Shown here: one piece after another, positions 30,173 to 39,956 of the stretch | Position numbering within the stretch: the stretch's first letter is position 1 | Layout: each line of letters starts with the position of its first letter | Assembly (NCBI GenBank): GCA_001771275.1 | Contig: METE01000001.1 | Coordinates: forward strand, 55,158 to 119,157 | Reading direction: 5' to 3' | DNA length: 64,000 nucleotides | Origin: a candidate division Kazan bacterium RIFCSPLOWO2_01_FULL_48_13 | GTDB taxonomy: Bacteria; Patescibacteriota; Kazan-3B-28; UBA10110 | The notes under the pieces: model-generated | Seen by the model: the letters and a program-made list of their open reading frames with translations, nothing else | The model's database searches: none | What the model was told of the DNA's origin: nothing | Program-made: the position numbers and the translations under genes

Positions 30173-31960
30173 ATGCTAACGCTCGCAGACCTACTCACCG
30201 AAAAGGTTAAGCAAGCGGCCACAAGGTTGTGGCCGGAGATTAAGTTGCCGCCGTTTGATATTGTCGAACCACCCTCGACTGAATTTGGCGATCTCTCCAC
30301 CGCTCTCCCTCTGACTCTGGCGAAACTAACCAGCGAAAAGCCCACCACCATCGCCAAACAACTTAAATCAGCTATTAATGTTTCGGATATCGAGCATATT
30401 AAAGAAATCACTGTTACCGAGCCGGGCTATCTCAACTTTAAAATCGACTATATCGCACTCGGCTCTCATCTAATTACTAAAATTATCGGACAAGGCTCTG
30501 AGTACGGTACGTTTAGAGAGGATCTCGGTAACGCCTCAATCGAGCACACCTCGGTTAATCCCAATAAGGCGGCTCATGTGGGGCATTTGCGTAACGCTTG
30601 TTTGGGCGATACTTTGGCGCGGATTTTAAGCGCTTCGGGTTATCGAGTAGAGGTCCAAAACTACATTGACGATTTAGGGTTGCAAGTAGCTGATAGCGTA
30701 GTGGCTTGGGAGACTTTAGGTAAAGCTCCTAAAAATACTCCGATCGATAAATGGCTCTGGCGAATCTACGCCGAGATCAATACTAAATACAAAGACCAAC
30801 CGAAACTGTTGGAACGCCGTCAGCAAATCTTGGGAGAGATGGAGCAAGGCACTAATCAAACTGCCAAAGATATTGTGGCTGGTATTGTTACGGCTCAACT
30901 TAAAACTTTTGCTAAATTTGATATTAACTACGATTTATTAGTTTACGAACATGATATCGTCGAGAATCATCTGTGGGAGAATCTGTTTGAGGAATTAAAA
31001 CGGAAAAAACTAATTATTAATCCTAAGGATGGTCCTAACGCTGGGGCTTGGATAGTAAAGTTTGGCGAAACGGATAGGGAGGATAAAATTTTAGTAAAAA
31101 GTAACGGCCTGCTCACCTACACTGCCAAAGATTTAGCTTATGCTCTTTGGAAGTTCGGCAAACTACCCGAGATGCCCACTTACGAAAAAAGATTACAGCC
31201 ATTGGCATTACATGTTAATGTTATCGACAACCGCCAGACCTACCCGCAGGAAGTAATTAAACATGTGATGCAACAGCTTGGGTTCGAGTCCGAATCGGAG
31301 CACTACCAGCATTTGGCCTATGGGGTAGTTAAACTATCAGATAAGGCCATGAAGGTGTTGGGGCACAAGGTAGAAGCTGGCTCCACTCACTCGATGTCGG
31401 GACGAACTGGGGTTGGGGTAATGGTGGATGATTTATTGAATTTAGCTATTAAAAAACAGATAGCCGAACACCAGACCGAACCTGAAACAGCGCAGGCAAT
31501 TGCAACTGGGAGTATCCGCTACTATATGCTCCACAATCGACCAGAGAAAGATATTATCTTCGATTTTGACGAAGCGCTAAAAAATGATGGGAACACCGGC
31601 GTCTATCTGCAATATGCCTATGCTCGCTGCTGCAATATTTTGAACAAAGTCCCTGATTGGCGGCCGCAGACAGAGCGACTAACTGTTCCCGAGCTAACCC
31701 CCGAAACCACCGCGGTGATCAAATTATTAGAAAGCTACCCGATGCATATTAAGACAGCCGCCGAGGAGCTGGATCCATCGCTGCTCACCGACTTTGCCTT
31801 TGAGTTGGCTAACCGGTTTGCCAGTTTTTACGAGAAGAATCCGGTACTCAAAGCCGATGAGGAAGTTAAAAACTTCCGCCTACATTTGATCGTTAGCGTT
31901 AAACAAATTTTAGAGAACACCCTAAAACTATTGGGCATACCCGCGCTAACCAAGATCTAA
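30173..31960 (+). CDS. argS: Arginyl-tRNA synthetase
   Basis: FGDLS, GYLNF, EHTSVNPNKAAHVGHLRN, MSGRTG, YLQYAYAR, FYE..PVL. Confidence 0.95.
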   Translation: MLTLADLLTEKVKQAATRLWPEIKLPPFDIVEPPSTEFGDLSTALPLTLAKLTSEKPTTIAKQLKSAINVSDIEHIKEITVTEPGYLNFKIDYIALGSHLITKIIGQGSEYGTFREDLGNASIEHTSVNPNKAAHVGHLRNACLGDTLARILSASGYRVEVQNYIDDLGLQVADSVVAWETLGKAPKNTPIDKWLWRIYAEINTKYKDQPKLLERRQQILGEMEQGTNQTAKDIVAGIVTAQLKTFAKFDINYDLLVYEHDIVENHLWENLFEELKRKKLIINPKDGPNAGAWIVKFGETDREDKILVKSNGLLTYTAKDLAYALWKFGKLPEMPTYEKRLQPLALHVNVIDNRQTYPQEVIKHVMQQLGFESESEHYQHLAYGVVKLSDKAMKVLGHKVEAGSTHSMSGRTGVGVMVDDLLNLAIKKQIAEHQTEPETAQAIATGSIRYYMLHNRPEKDIIFDFDEALKNDGNTGVYLQYAYARCCNILNKVPDWRPQTERLTVPELTPETTAVIKLLESYPMHIKTAAEELDPSLLTDFAFELANRFASFYEKNPVLKADEEVKNFRLHLIVSVKQILENTLKLLGIPALTKI

Positions 31961-33001
31961 ATGAAACCAAAAACAACCGACGACCAGGCGATTATGTATT
32001 GGGCGTTAGCTATTATTGTTATCGGCCTGGGGCTGTGGGGCTGGCTGGGACGATCACCTAAGGCCGACCTATCTGTTAATACCCCGTCGGCTATCAATCT
32101 ATTGGCGGTGGGCGATATTAATATGGGCCGGCAAACTGGCCAAAAGATCCTGGCTGGCGATACTAATTATGCCTTTAAATATATCAGCAGTGAACTGCAA
32201 AAGCCGGATATCACCTTCGGCAACTTAGAAAGCCAGCTGGCCGATTTAGGTGGTGAAACCCAATCCCCCACCAATGAATATCGATTTGCCGGCCCGCCTA
32301 CGAGCGCCGATGGGATAAAAAACGCCGGGTTTGATATTGTGTCGATCGCCAATAATCATATGTGGGACTATGGCCGTGACCGGCTATTTGAAACAATCGA
32401 TAATTTGGAGCGGGTCGGAGTAAAATATGTCGGCGCCAGCCAGGATCCGGCGAAGGTGTACGAACCGACAATCTTGGAGGTTAACCGGCAAAAGATAGCT
32501 TTCTTCGCTGTAACTGATATCTTAAACGGCTACGAAAAATCTGGCGCCACCGAATATGTGGCCTGGGCCGATCCCGATAAGCTGATCCCAGCTATCATTG
32601 CCATCAAGGATACCGTGGACTGGATCGTGGTCTCGATTCACTGGGGTTCTGAGTATATGGCTCAGCCAAGTAAAGCTCGGGTTGAATTAGGCCACCGATT
32701 AATTGACGCCGGCGTTGCTGTAGTAATTGGGCACCATCCCCATGTACCGCAGGGCGTCGAAGAATACAACGGCGGAGTGATCTTCTATTCGCTGGGAAAT
32801 TTTGCCTTCTGGCAGCCAATGACCTACTGGACCCAGCACAGCTTTATGGCCGACATTCAATTGCGCCCTACCGGCCGAGTCGAATATAATCCTGTTGCCA
32901 TTGCTGCCGGCTGGCAGCCCCGGCTGGCTCCTGATACAGCTACCGAGGAAAAGATCCTCAAATACATCGCCCAACTCTCCGAGCCCTTCACAAAAAAATA
33001 G
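31961..33001 (+). CDS. CapA family metallophosphoesterase-like protein
   Basis: GDINMGR, GNLES, ANNH.WDYG, HWG.EY, GHHPHVPQ, YSLGNF; N-terminal TM helix. Confidence 0.9.
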   Translation: MKPKTTDDQAIMYWALAIIVIGLGLWGWLGRSPKADLSVNTPSAINLLAVGDINMGRQTGQKILAGDTNYAFKYISSELQKPDITFGNLESQLADLGGETQSPTNEYRFAGPPTSADGIKNAGFDIVSIANNHMWDYGRDRLFETIDNLERVGVKYVGASQDPAKVYEPTILEVNRQKIAFFAVTDILNGYEKSGATEYVAWADPDKLIPAIIAIKDTVDWIVVSIHWGSEYMAQPSKARVELGHRLIDAGVAVVIGHHPHVPQGVEEYNGGVIFYSLGNFAFWQPMTYWTQHSFMADIQLRPTGRVEYNPVAIAAGWQPRLAPDTATEEKILKYIAQLSEPFTKK

Positions 33002-33026
33002 CCCAGCGTTTCAGTTTTAGACGATT

Positions 33027-33686
33027 ATGAGCGTTAAAAAACATGCTTTCAAAATTCCGACGAGCAGATTGAAAGGTATTCGCGGAATTTTATTAGATTT
33101 GGACAATACGCTCTATCGCTATGAGCCTTGCCAGCAAGCAGCTTTAAAATCAGCTTACATGCTGATACGACGCAAAGCCCCAATGGATTTTAGCGAGCTT
33201 AAACTCCGATACGAGGAAGCCCGCAATAATATAAAGAAGCCACTTATCGGCAAGGCGGCTTCACACTCACGGCTACTTTATTTTCAAAATCTTTTGGAGG
33301 CCTGTTTAAGGGGCACCGATGCTAAATTTGCGCTCGAGGTGGAGAGCGCTTATTGGGCCGGTTACTTCACGCGGATGAAGCTGCGTCCGGGGGTACTAGA
33401 TTTCTTGACCTGGTGCAGAAAAAATGGTATTGTGACTTGTATATTAACCGACCTCACGGCCGATATCCAGTTTAAAAAAATGATCCACCTCAAGATCGAT
33501 AAATTAATCGACTGGGTGGTCTCTTCTGAAGAGGCCGGAGCGGACAAACCACACAAAAGTATGTTCAGGCTGGCTCTAAAAAAAATGGGGCTAAGCCGAA
33601 GTGATGTTCTAATGATAGGCGACAACTACCACAAGGACATTCTCGGCGCTAAAGCTTTGGGTATTCGCACAGTACTCTCTAAGTAA
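33027..33686 (+). CDS. HAD-superfamily hydrolase
   Basis: LDLDNTLY, SEEAG.DKP, MIGDN..KDI.GA. Confidence 0.9.
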   Translation: MSVKKHAFKIPTSRLKGIRGILLDLDNTLYRYEPCQQAALKSAYMLIRRKAPMDFSELKLRYEEARNNIKKPLIGKAASHSRLLYFQNLLEACLRGTDAKFALEVESAYWAGYFTRMKLRPGVLDFLTWCRKNGIVTCILTDLTADIQFKKMIHLKIDKLIDWVVSSEEAGADKPHKSMFRLALKKMGLSRSDVLMIGDNYHKDILGAKALGIRTVLSK

Positions 33687-33713
33687 AATCAGGCGGGGCT
33701 TCAGCATATCTTT

Positions 33714-35882
33714 ATGATGCAACTCATAAAAACATACTTATACGATAGGAACGGTGATTTTAAGATACGCGTATTCAAAGATTCGCTATTCTGGAGTATC
33801 TTGGCTCTGAAGTTGGTGGCGTCTTGGTTTTTGGCCTCCCACCATCTCACCGATCTCTTCGCCAGATTTGTTAACTACTTTGTTGTCAGCGGACTAAAGA
33901 ATCCGTACGATTTTTTTGCCCAGTCCGGCGCTATCGATAGCTTCCCCTATCCTGGCTTGATGCTTTGGCTGCTAGCGATCCCGCGCGCCATCTTTAATTT
34001 TTTACTGGGCGCCGACTACACCGCCGTCTTTCATCTGCACATATTTCTCTACCGCCTCCCGGTTCTGTTGGCCGATATCGCCATTTTGGCAGTGCTGGCC
34101 CTCTGGCTCAAGGACAAGCCCCGCAGTGTGCTGAAATACTACTGGTGCTCTCCGATCCTGTTCTACATCAGCTACATCCACGGCCAACTGGATGCTATCC
34201 CCATCGCCCTTCTATTTGTCTCGCTGTATCTGCTGTTTAAAGAACGGCTCTTCTCGGCCATGACAATGCTGGGCCTGGCCATCTCCGCCAAGCTCGGGAT
34301 GCTAATCGTGTGGCCATTTATGATCTCCTATCTATTTCTCAAGCGAGTGGGATTAAAAAAGATCCTGCTGCTTTCGCTGGTTCCGTTAGCGCTGTTTGCG
34401 CTGTTTAATGCCGGCTATCTTTTCTCGGACGGTTTTAGGCAGCTGGTTTTGGCCACGCCCCAGCAGTTTAAGATCTTTGATTTTAAAATTAACTTCGGCG
34501 GTAATTTTGTTATCTACCTTGTGCCGTTTGCCTATCTGCTGCTGTTTATCAACAGCCTCAGCTATAAGACCTACAACCGCGATATATTCCTGATGTTCCT
34601 GGGCTTTAGTTTTGGCATCCTGACGTTTTTTATCCCGCCCATGCCAGGTTGGTACTACTGGATAGTGCCTTTCTTTGTTTATTTTTATATCAAACAAAAC
34701 CGCGCTCCGGTTATCAGCTGGGTCGCCCTCAACGCGCTTTACTTCCTTTATTTCTTGGTTATTCCTACCTCCGACCTATTTGCGGTTTTTGGCCCCACCT
34801 CGCCCACTATCGCTCAACTGCCTAACCTATACACCCTACTCTCCGCCTACGGGATCAACGCGCCGATCGTGGTTAATTCCATCTTCAGCCTGCTGCAAGC
34901 CGCACTACTTTTAAACGTATTTTGGATCTATCGCAAAGGCATCGAGAGCACCATGCGTTGCAAGCTGAGCTACGAACCGTACCTCATTGGCTTATCGGGA
35001 GATTCGGGCAGCGGCAAGAGCACCACCGCCTCGTTATTGCAGGATGTGTTCGGCGCTAAAAACATCGCCCTGCTCGCAGGCGACGATATGCATAAGTGGG
35101 AACGCGGCAGCGAGATGTGGAAAACATTTACCCACTTAGACCCCCGCGCCAACAACCTACATACCGATCTGTTCCAGGCGATCCGACTTAAAGAAGGGTC
35201 GGGGGTTTACCGCAAGCACTACGACCACTCAATTGGCCGGTTTACCCTGCCCAGAAAGTTAGAATCAAAAAAGGTGATCATCTTTGAAGGGCTACACTCC
35301 CTGTTTTTGACCAGGATGCGCGATATGCTCAATCTAAAAGTTTTTCTCAAGCCCGACGAACGCTTGCGGATACATTGGAAGATAGTCCGCGATACTTTGG
35401 AGCGCGGCCACGACAAAGACCGGGTACTGGCGCAGGAACAATCCCGTTTTGAGGATGCCGAGCAGTATATCCGCACTCAGGAGAAATACTCGGACATAAC
35501 TATCTCGCTTATCAGCGACGCGCAGCTGGACGATAACCTAGGGAATACCAATATCACTCCCCCGATTCACCTATCGCTCAAATGTCCTAACCACCTCAAC
35601 ATGGATCCGTTGCTTTCGAGATTAGCCGAGGAGCCTGGCGTTGGCCAGCTTGAGCATTCGTTCTCCGAAGAATTTCAAACTATTACTATGGCGGGCGATA
35701 TTAGCGCCGAACAGATCGATCGAGTGGCCCACTCGCTTTTCCCCGAACTATGGGACGTGATCACCCATGAGCCAAAATGGGCGGACGATTATCGGGGATT
35801 GATCCAGCTAAATATCTGTTACCGCATCTTCGAGCAGCTCAAGTTAGAAGACTATGAAAAAGGAATTACGCGATCTTATTAA
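33714..35882 (+). CDS. Fusion of a GT-C-like membrane domain and a uridine kinase/phosphoribulokinase-like domain
   Basis: N-terminal FPYP, HGQLD and many TM helices; C-terminal GLSGDSGSGKST, GDDMHKWER, YDHSIG.F, IFEGLH, WKI.RD..ERG. Confidence 0.8.
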   Translation: MMQLIKTYLYDRNGDFKIRVFKDSLFWSILALKLVASWFLASHHLTDLFARFVNYFVVSGLKNPYDFFAQSGAIDSFPYPGLMLWLLAIPRAIFNFLLGADYTAVFHLHIFLYRLPVLLADIAILAVLALWLKDKPRSVLKYYWCSPILFYISYIHGQLDAIPIALLFVSLYLLFKERLFSAMTMLGLAISAKLGMLIVWPFMISYLFLKRVGLKKILLLSLVPLALFALFNAGYLFSDGFRQLVLATPQQFKIFDFKINFGGNFVIYLVPFAYLLLFINSLSYKTYNRDIFLMFLGFSFGILTFFIPPMPGWYYWIVPFFVYFYIKQNRAPVISWVALNALYFLYFLVIPTSDLFAVFGPTSPTIAQLPNLYTLLSAYGINAPIVVNSIFSLLQAALLLNVFWIYRKGIESTMRCKLSYEPYLIGLSGDSGSGKSTTASLLQDVFGAKNIALLAGDDMHKWERGSEMWKTFTHLDPRANNLHTDLFQAIRLKEGSGVYRKHYDHSIGRFTLPRKLESKKVIIFEGLHSLFLTRMRDMLNLKVFLKPDERLRIHWKIVRDTLERGHDKDRVLAQEQSRFEDAEQYIRTQEKYSDITISLISDAQLDDNLGNTNITPPIHLSLKCPNHLNMDPLLSRLAEEPGVGQLEHSFSEEFQTITMAGDISAEQIDRVAHSLFPELWDVITHEPKWADDYRGLIQLNICYRIFEQLKLEDYEKGITRSY

Positions 35883-36813
35883 GATAGCCCAGCAGTTCCG
35901 CGGCCGCCCTGACTTGGTTCAGGGCGCTGGGGGAAATCTGTCAGTTAAACTTAACCCCACCACGATGCTGATCAAGGCTTCTGGCTTGAGATTTAGCGAA
36001 CTTAAGGATCAGCGCGGATTTGTGGCGGTTAACTATGCTATGCTTCGCGCGCGCTACGCTAAAAATCGAAGGTTTGATGAGAAACAGGAGTCCCAGTTTC
36101 TTTTGCGTTGCGCTAATAGTTCTAGCGGAAAAAACGCTCCGCGGCCATCGATGGAGGCTGGCTTTCACGCGTTTTTGGGCCGATATGTGCTCCATACTCA
36201 TTCGGTCTATGCCAATACGCTCAACTGCTCTAGGGGCGGCCGAAAGATCGCGTTGGCACTCTGCCGCGACCTGGGAATTGATGCGGCGGCTTTAAACTAC
36301 TACCACCCCGGCCCCGATCTGGCCGCAGCGGTTCATCAGCTGGCAGATGAGCGCGCCACCTTACCGACCGTGATCTTTCTGGGCAATCATGGCCTGGTTA
36401 TCTCCGGTGATACCGCTAAAGAGGTGGTAGCCTTACATCAAAAAGTAAACACCGGCATTAAGCGCGCGCTTAAGCTGGATAAATATCCGCTCGTAGGCAT
36501 CCGGGCGGGATCTTTGGGGTTTACGTCCAAACACTTACGCGGGGTTAATAGTGCCAAATTAAAAAAATTGGTCTTGTTCCCCGATCAGGCGGTTTTTTGC
36601 GCCAATGAGATCAAGCGGCATAAAACTGGCCGGCCAACCTACGCCACCAAACGTGGCGAGGCCATGGTAATGGAAGAGATAATAAATGCGTGGAGTTATA
36701 TCCTCCGCTCCATCACCCGCCACAAGTGGTCACCGCTAATCCTGGATCGATCGGCCATACAGTATCTAACTAATATGGAAGCGGAGAAACATCGCAAAAA
36801 AATAGCTAGCTAA
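35854..36813 (+). CDS. Class II aldolase/adducin family protein
   Basis: QGAGGNLSVK, IKASG, RPSMEAGFHA, HTHS, LGNHGL. Confidence 0.85.
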   Translation: MKKELRDLIKIAQQFRGRPDLVQGAGGNLSVKLNPTTMLIKASGLRFSELKDQRGFVAVNYAMLRARYAKNRRFDEKQESQFLLRCANSSSGKNAPRPSMEAGFHAFLGRYVLHTHSVYANTLNCSRGGRKIALALCRDLGIDAAALNYYHPGPDLAAAVHQLADERATLPTVIFLGNHGLVISGDTAKEVVALHQKVNTGIKRALKLDKYPLVGIRAGSLGFTSKHLRGVNSAKLKKLVLFPDQAVFCANEIKRHKTGRPTYATKRGEAMVMEEIINAWSYILRSITRHKWSPLILDRSAIQYLTNMEAEKHRKKIAS

Positions 36814-36822
36814 GATAATTAT

Positions 36823-37437
36823 ATGAAACAGCCGATCATAGTTGCCCATCGAATAAATAAGATCTCGGAGCTGACAAACGTTCCATCAAGGTACGGAGTG
36901 GAGATTGATGTGCGTCACGATAAAGCTACCGATTCGCTCTATCTTAGCCACGACATTGGCCAGCCCGGACTCACCTACGACAGCCTGGATGAATATTTAA
37001 AACACTTTAATCATCGGTTCGTTATTTTTAATATTAAAGAAGCTGGGATCGAAGAACGCTGCATCGCTCTGGCAGCTCAATTTGGCATCCCTCGGGCCAA
37101 TTATTTTCTGCTAGATGTCGAGTTCCCCTATCTCTACCGGGCATCTCGCCAGGACAAGATAAGAGAGCTGGCCGCCCGCTATAGCGAGGCGGAACCGATC
37201 GAATTTGCGGAGGCGCAGAGAGGTTTTGTGGATTGGGTCTGGATCGATACCAACACTAGACTATCGCTCGATTTAACTAGCCCCAAAAAACTGGCCGGCT
37301 TTAAAACCGCACTGGTATCACCCGATCGGTGGGGTCGGCCGGAGGATATCCCCGCTTATCGGGCGGCGTTGGAGGCGATCGATTTTAACTTAGATCTAGT
37401 AATGTGCAGCCTGGAACAGGCGCGCTCGTGGGAATAA
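36823..37437 (+). CDS. PLC-like/glycerophosphodiester phosphodiesterase-fold protein
   Basis: IVAHRIN, GVEIDVR, LSHD, NIKEAG, WVWID, VSPD. Confidence 0.7.
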   Translation: MKQPIIVAHRINKISELTNVPSRYGVEIDVRHDKATDSLYLSHDIGQPGLTYDSLDEYLKHFNHRFVIFNIKEAGIEERCIALAAQFGIPRANYFLLDVEFPYLYRASRQDKIRELAARYSEAEPIEFAEAQRGFVDWVWIDTNTRLSLDLTSPKKLAGFKTALVSPDRWGRPEDIPAYRAALEAIDFNLDLVMCSLEQARSWE

Positions 37438-37441
37438 GCCT

Positions 37442-38332
37442 ATGAAAGTAATTATTCCGATGTCCGGCGCCGGCGATCGATTTAAGCGGGCTGGCTACAC
37501 CACCCCCAAGCCCATGATCTTGGTGGACGGTCGCCCGATGATCGATCATGTGGCGGACCTCTTTTCGCCGGATGACGAATTTATTTTTGTCTGTAACCAG
37601 GATCACCTCAACGATGTGTCGCTTAGGCTAGCCGACCATCTAAAAAACCTGCGCCCCAACGTAACGGTGATCGGGCAAGAGCCTAAGAAACTCGGGCCAA
37701 ACTACGCTATCCTGGCAGCCGCCGAATTTCTAAACGATGAGCCGGTGTTGGTAAGCTACTGCGACTATGCCCTGAGGTGGAATCGGGCCGACTTTTTGGA
37801 CAAGGTTCAGGCGCTGCATCCGGATAGCGCGTCGATCTGTTATATCGGTTTTCATCCACACCTGTTAGGCCCTAACCTATATGCCGGCGTACGAGTAGAT
37901 CAAGATGGCCGGGCGCTTGAGGTAAGGGAAAAACATTCCTTTACCGAAGATAAGATGCAGACCTGGCAGCAGGCCGGGTTGTTTTACTTTTCGTCTGGAC
38001 AGCTGCTAAAACGATACTGCGAACGGGCGCTCAAAGAGGGTTGGCTGCTAAATGGCGAATCATATACCAGCCTGCTATTTAACCCAATGCTCCAAGATGG
38101 GCTTAGTTCTTTGGTGTATCCGGCGGATTATTTCTGCCAGCGGGGCACCCCGGAGGATCTAGAGGAGTACGAGGCTTGGTCGCGGTTGTTAGCCCAAGAA
38201 CAGGGCCGAATTAAAGGAGTAACCGATATCCCGGCTAGCCGGTTAGCCAATGTCGGAATAAAATTTAGCCCCAACTCCCCTGAATACCAACGATCATACG
38301 CCTATTGGAAAAGTTATTTCGAGAATAAATAA
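37442..38332 (+). CDS. Nucleotidyltransferase (NTP_transferase family)
   Basis: IIPMSGAGDRFKRAGY..PKPMI, SYCD, GTPEDL. Confidence 0.85.
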   Translation: MKVIIPMSGAGDRFKRAGYTTPKPMILVDGRPMIDHVADLFSPDDEFIFVCNQDHLNDVSLRLADHLKNLRPNVTVIGQEPKKLGPNYAILAAAEFLNDEPVLVSYCDYALRWNRADFLDKVQALHPDSASICYIGFHPHLLGPNLYAGVRVDQDGRALEVREKHSFTEDKMQTWQQAGLFYFSSGQLLKRYCERALKEGWLLNGESYTSLLFNPMLQDGLSSLVYPADYFCQRGTPEDLEEYEAWSRLLAQEQGRIKGVTDIPASRLANVGIKFSPNSPEYQRSYAYWKSYFENK

Positions 38333-39159
38333 TGGCAACTAATGTCATACCAATGTCGGGGGCAGGCGCTCGCTTTGCCGAGCAGGGTTATGTGCTACCT
38401 AAGCCGCTGATCCCGGTTTCTGGTCAGCCGATGATAGCACGAGTAATCCAGGCACTCCCGCCGGCCGATAAGTGGATATTTATTGTCCGCCCGGAGCATG
38501 TGGCCAACTACGGGATCGATCAGATCATCCAAAGAATCGTGCCGGGCGCTATCATAGTTCCAGATCCGAACCCGCACGGCCAGGCTACCAGCTGTCTATT
38601 AGCGCTCCCTCATTTAGACCCAGACGAAGACATCTTCATCGCTGCTTGTGATAACAGCTTTCTGTACGATCAACAGCGGCTTTCAAATATCATCGCTCGA
38701 CCCGATGTTGATGCCGCGTTATGGACCTTTACTCAAGACGAGCTGCTCACCGCCCAACCCGAGGCGTGGGGGTGGGCTAAATTGGCTGCTGATGGAGAAA
38801 CTATAGTGGACATGTCAGTTAAAATTCCAATCTCCCCCGATCCATTTAACGATCACGCGGTGGTGGGCGCTTTTTACTTTAAAAAGGCTAATCAGTTCGC
38901 CGAAGCCTGCGCCCTAATGATGAGAGAAGAATACAAGGTAAACGGCGAATACTACATTGACGCCCTCCCCATCTTCTATAATCGGCTGGGCTGGAAGAGC
39001 GTTATCTTCGATGTCGATCTGTATGTGGGCTGGGGCAAGCCTGCCGATCTGCGCCAATACCAGGAGCGGGAGCGGCAGTATCTCTCGGGGGGGCATTTAA
39101 CCGGGGATGATCAAAAAGATCGCCTCTGGGCTAAATTTTTTGACATTAGCGCGAAATAA
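38332..39159 (+). CDS. Nucleotidyltransferase (NTP_transferase family)
   Basis: IPMSGAGARFAEQGY..PKPLI, GQA.SC, AACD, NGEYY, WGKP.DL. Confidence 0.85.
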   Translation: MATNVIPMSGAGARFAEQGYVLPKPLIPVSGQPMIARVIQALPPADKWIFIVRPEHVANYGIDQIIQRIVPGAIIVPDPNPHGQATSCLLALPHLDPDEDIFIAACDNSFLYDQQRLSNIIARPDVDAALWTFTQDELLTAQPEAWGWAKLAADGETIVDMSVKIPISPDPFNDHAVVGAFYFKKANQFAEACALMMREEYKVNGEYYIDALPIFYNRLGWKSVIFDVDLYVGWGKPADLRQYQERERQYLSGGHLTGDDQKDRLWAKFFDISAK

Positions 39160-39194
39160 GCGATATGCTCCGAGTGTAATAAAAGAGCGTCTTT

Positions 39195-39950
39195 ATGCTA
39201 GATTCCCCAAACCAACCACCACCTGCCCCAACCCCCGAACGGGCGGGATCAAAAACGTTCAACCTGCTTAAAAACAGCCTGGCGCTGCAAGATATGGTGG
39301 TCGGTTTTGTCACCTCAATCCACCCGGTCGTGATGCACAACCTGGGCAAGATCGAGGTGCTAAAAAAGGCACTATGGCACTGCGAGCTAGAGAATATCCT
39401 GGGCAGCTACTTTGAATTTGGCGTCTTTCAGGGAACTTCGCTGCTGGCGGCGGCTCGAGCATTTAGAAATCTGAAGTCTTCCACCCCTAGGCGATTCTAT
39501 GGCTTTGACGCGTTCGATACTGGATTCAAATATTTTGACAACCGCGATCAGCATCCGTTCTTTCAGGAGGGCGGATTTTCGGTGCCGTACGAACGGGTAG
39601 CCCGCCGCCTACGGAGATACCCGGAGATCGAACTGATTCGCGGTTACTTTGAGCATTCGTTCACCGAACCTCGGGCCGTGGCGTTGCGCGGCCAGGAAAA
39701 ATGCGCAATCGCCTTTATCGATTGCGATCTAATGAACCCGGCCCTGCTCTCGCTGGAATACGTCAAACCGCTATTGCAGGCCGGATCAGTTATCATCCTG
39801 GATGATTACTGGGCGTATAAAGGCGATGCGACGTTAGGCATTGCTGGCGCACTCAAATCATTTTTAGAAAATAATCCCGGCATCCACTTGCGAGAATTTT
39901 ATCGGTACGGATACGGAGGCACCTCTTTCATCGTAGAGCGGGTATCATAA
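39195..39950 (+). CDS. TylF/MycF-type O-methyltransferase
   Basis: YFEFGVFQG.S, GFDAF, GYFE.S, FIDCD, ILDDY. Confidence 0.82.
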   Translation: MLDSPNQPPPAPTPERAGSKTFNLLKNSLALQDMVVGFVTSIHPVVMHNLGKIEVLKKALWHCELENILGSYFEFGVFQGTSLLAAARAFRNLKSSTPRRFYGFDAFDTGFKYFDNRDQHPFFQEGGFSVPYERVARRLRRYPEIELIRGYFEHSFTEPRAVALRGQEKCAIAFIDCDLMNPALLSLEYVKPLLQAGSVIILDDYWAYKGDATLGIAGALKSFLENNPGIHLREFYRYGYGGTSFIVERVS

Positions 39951-39956
39951 CCTAGC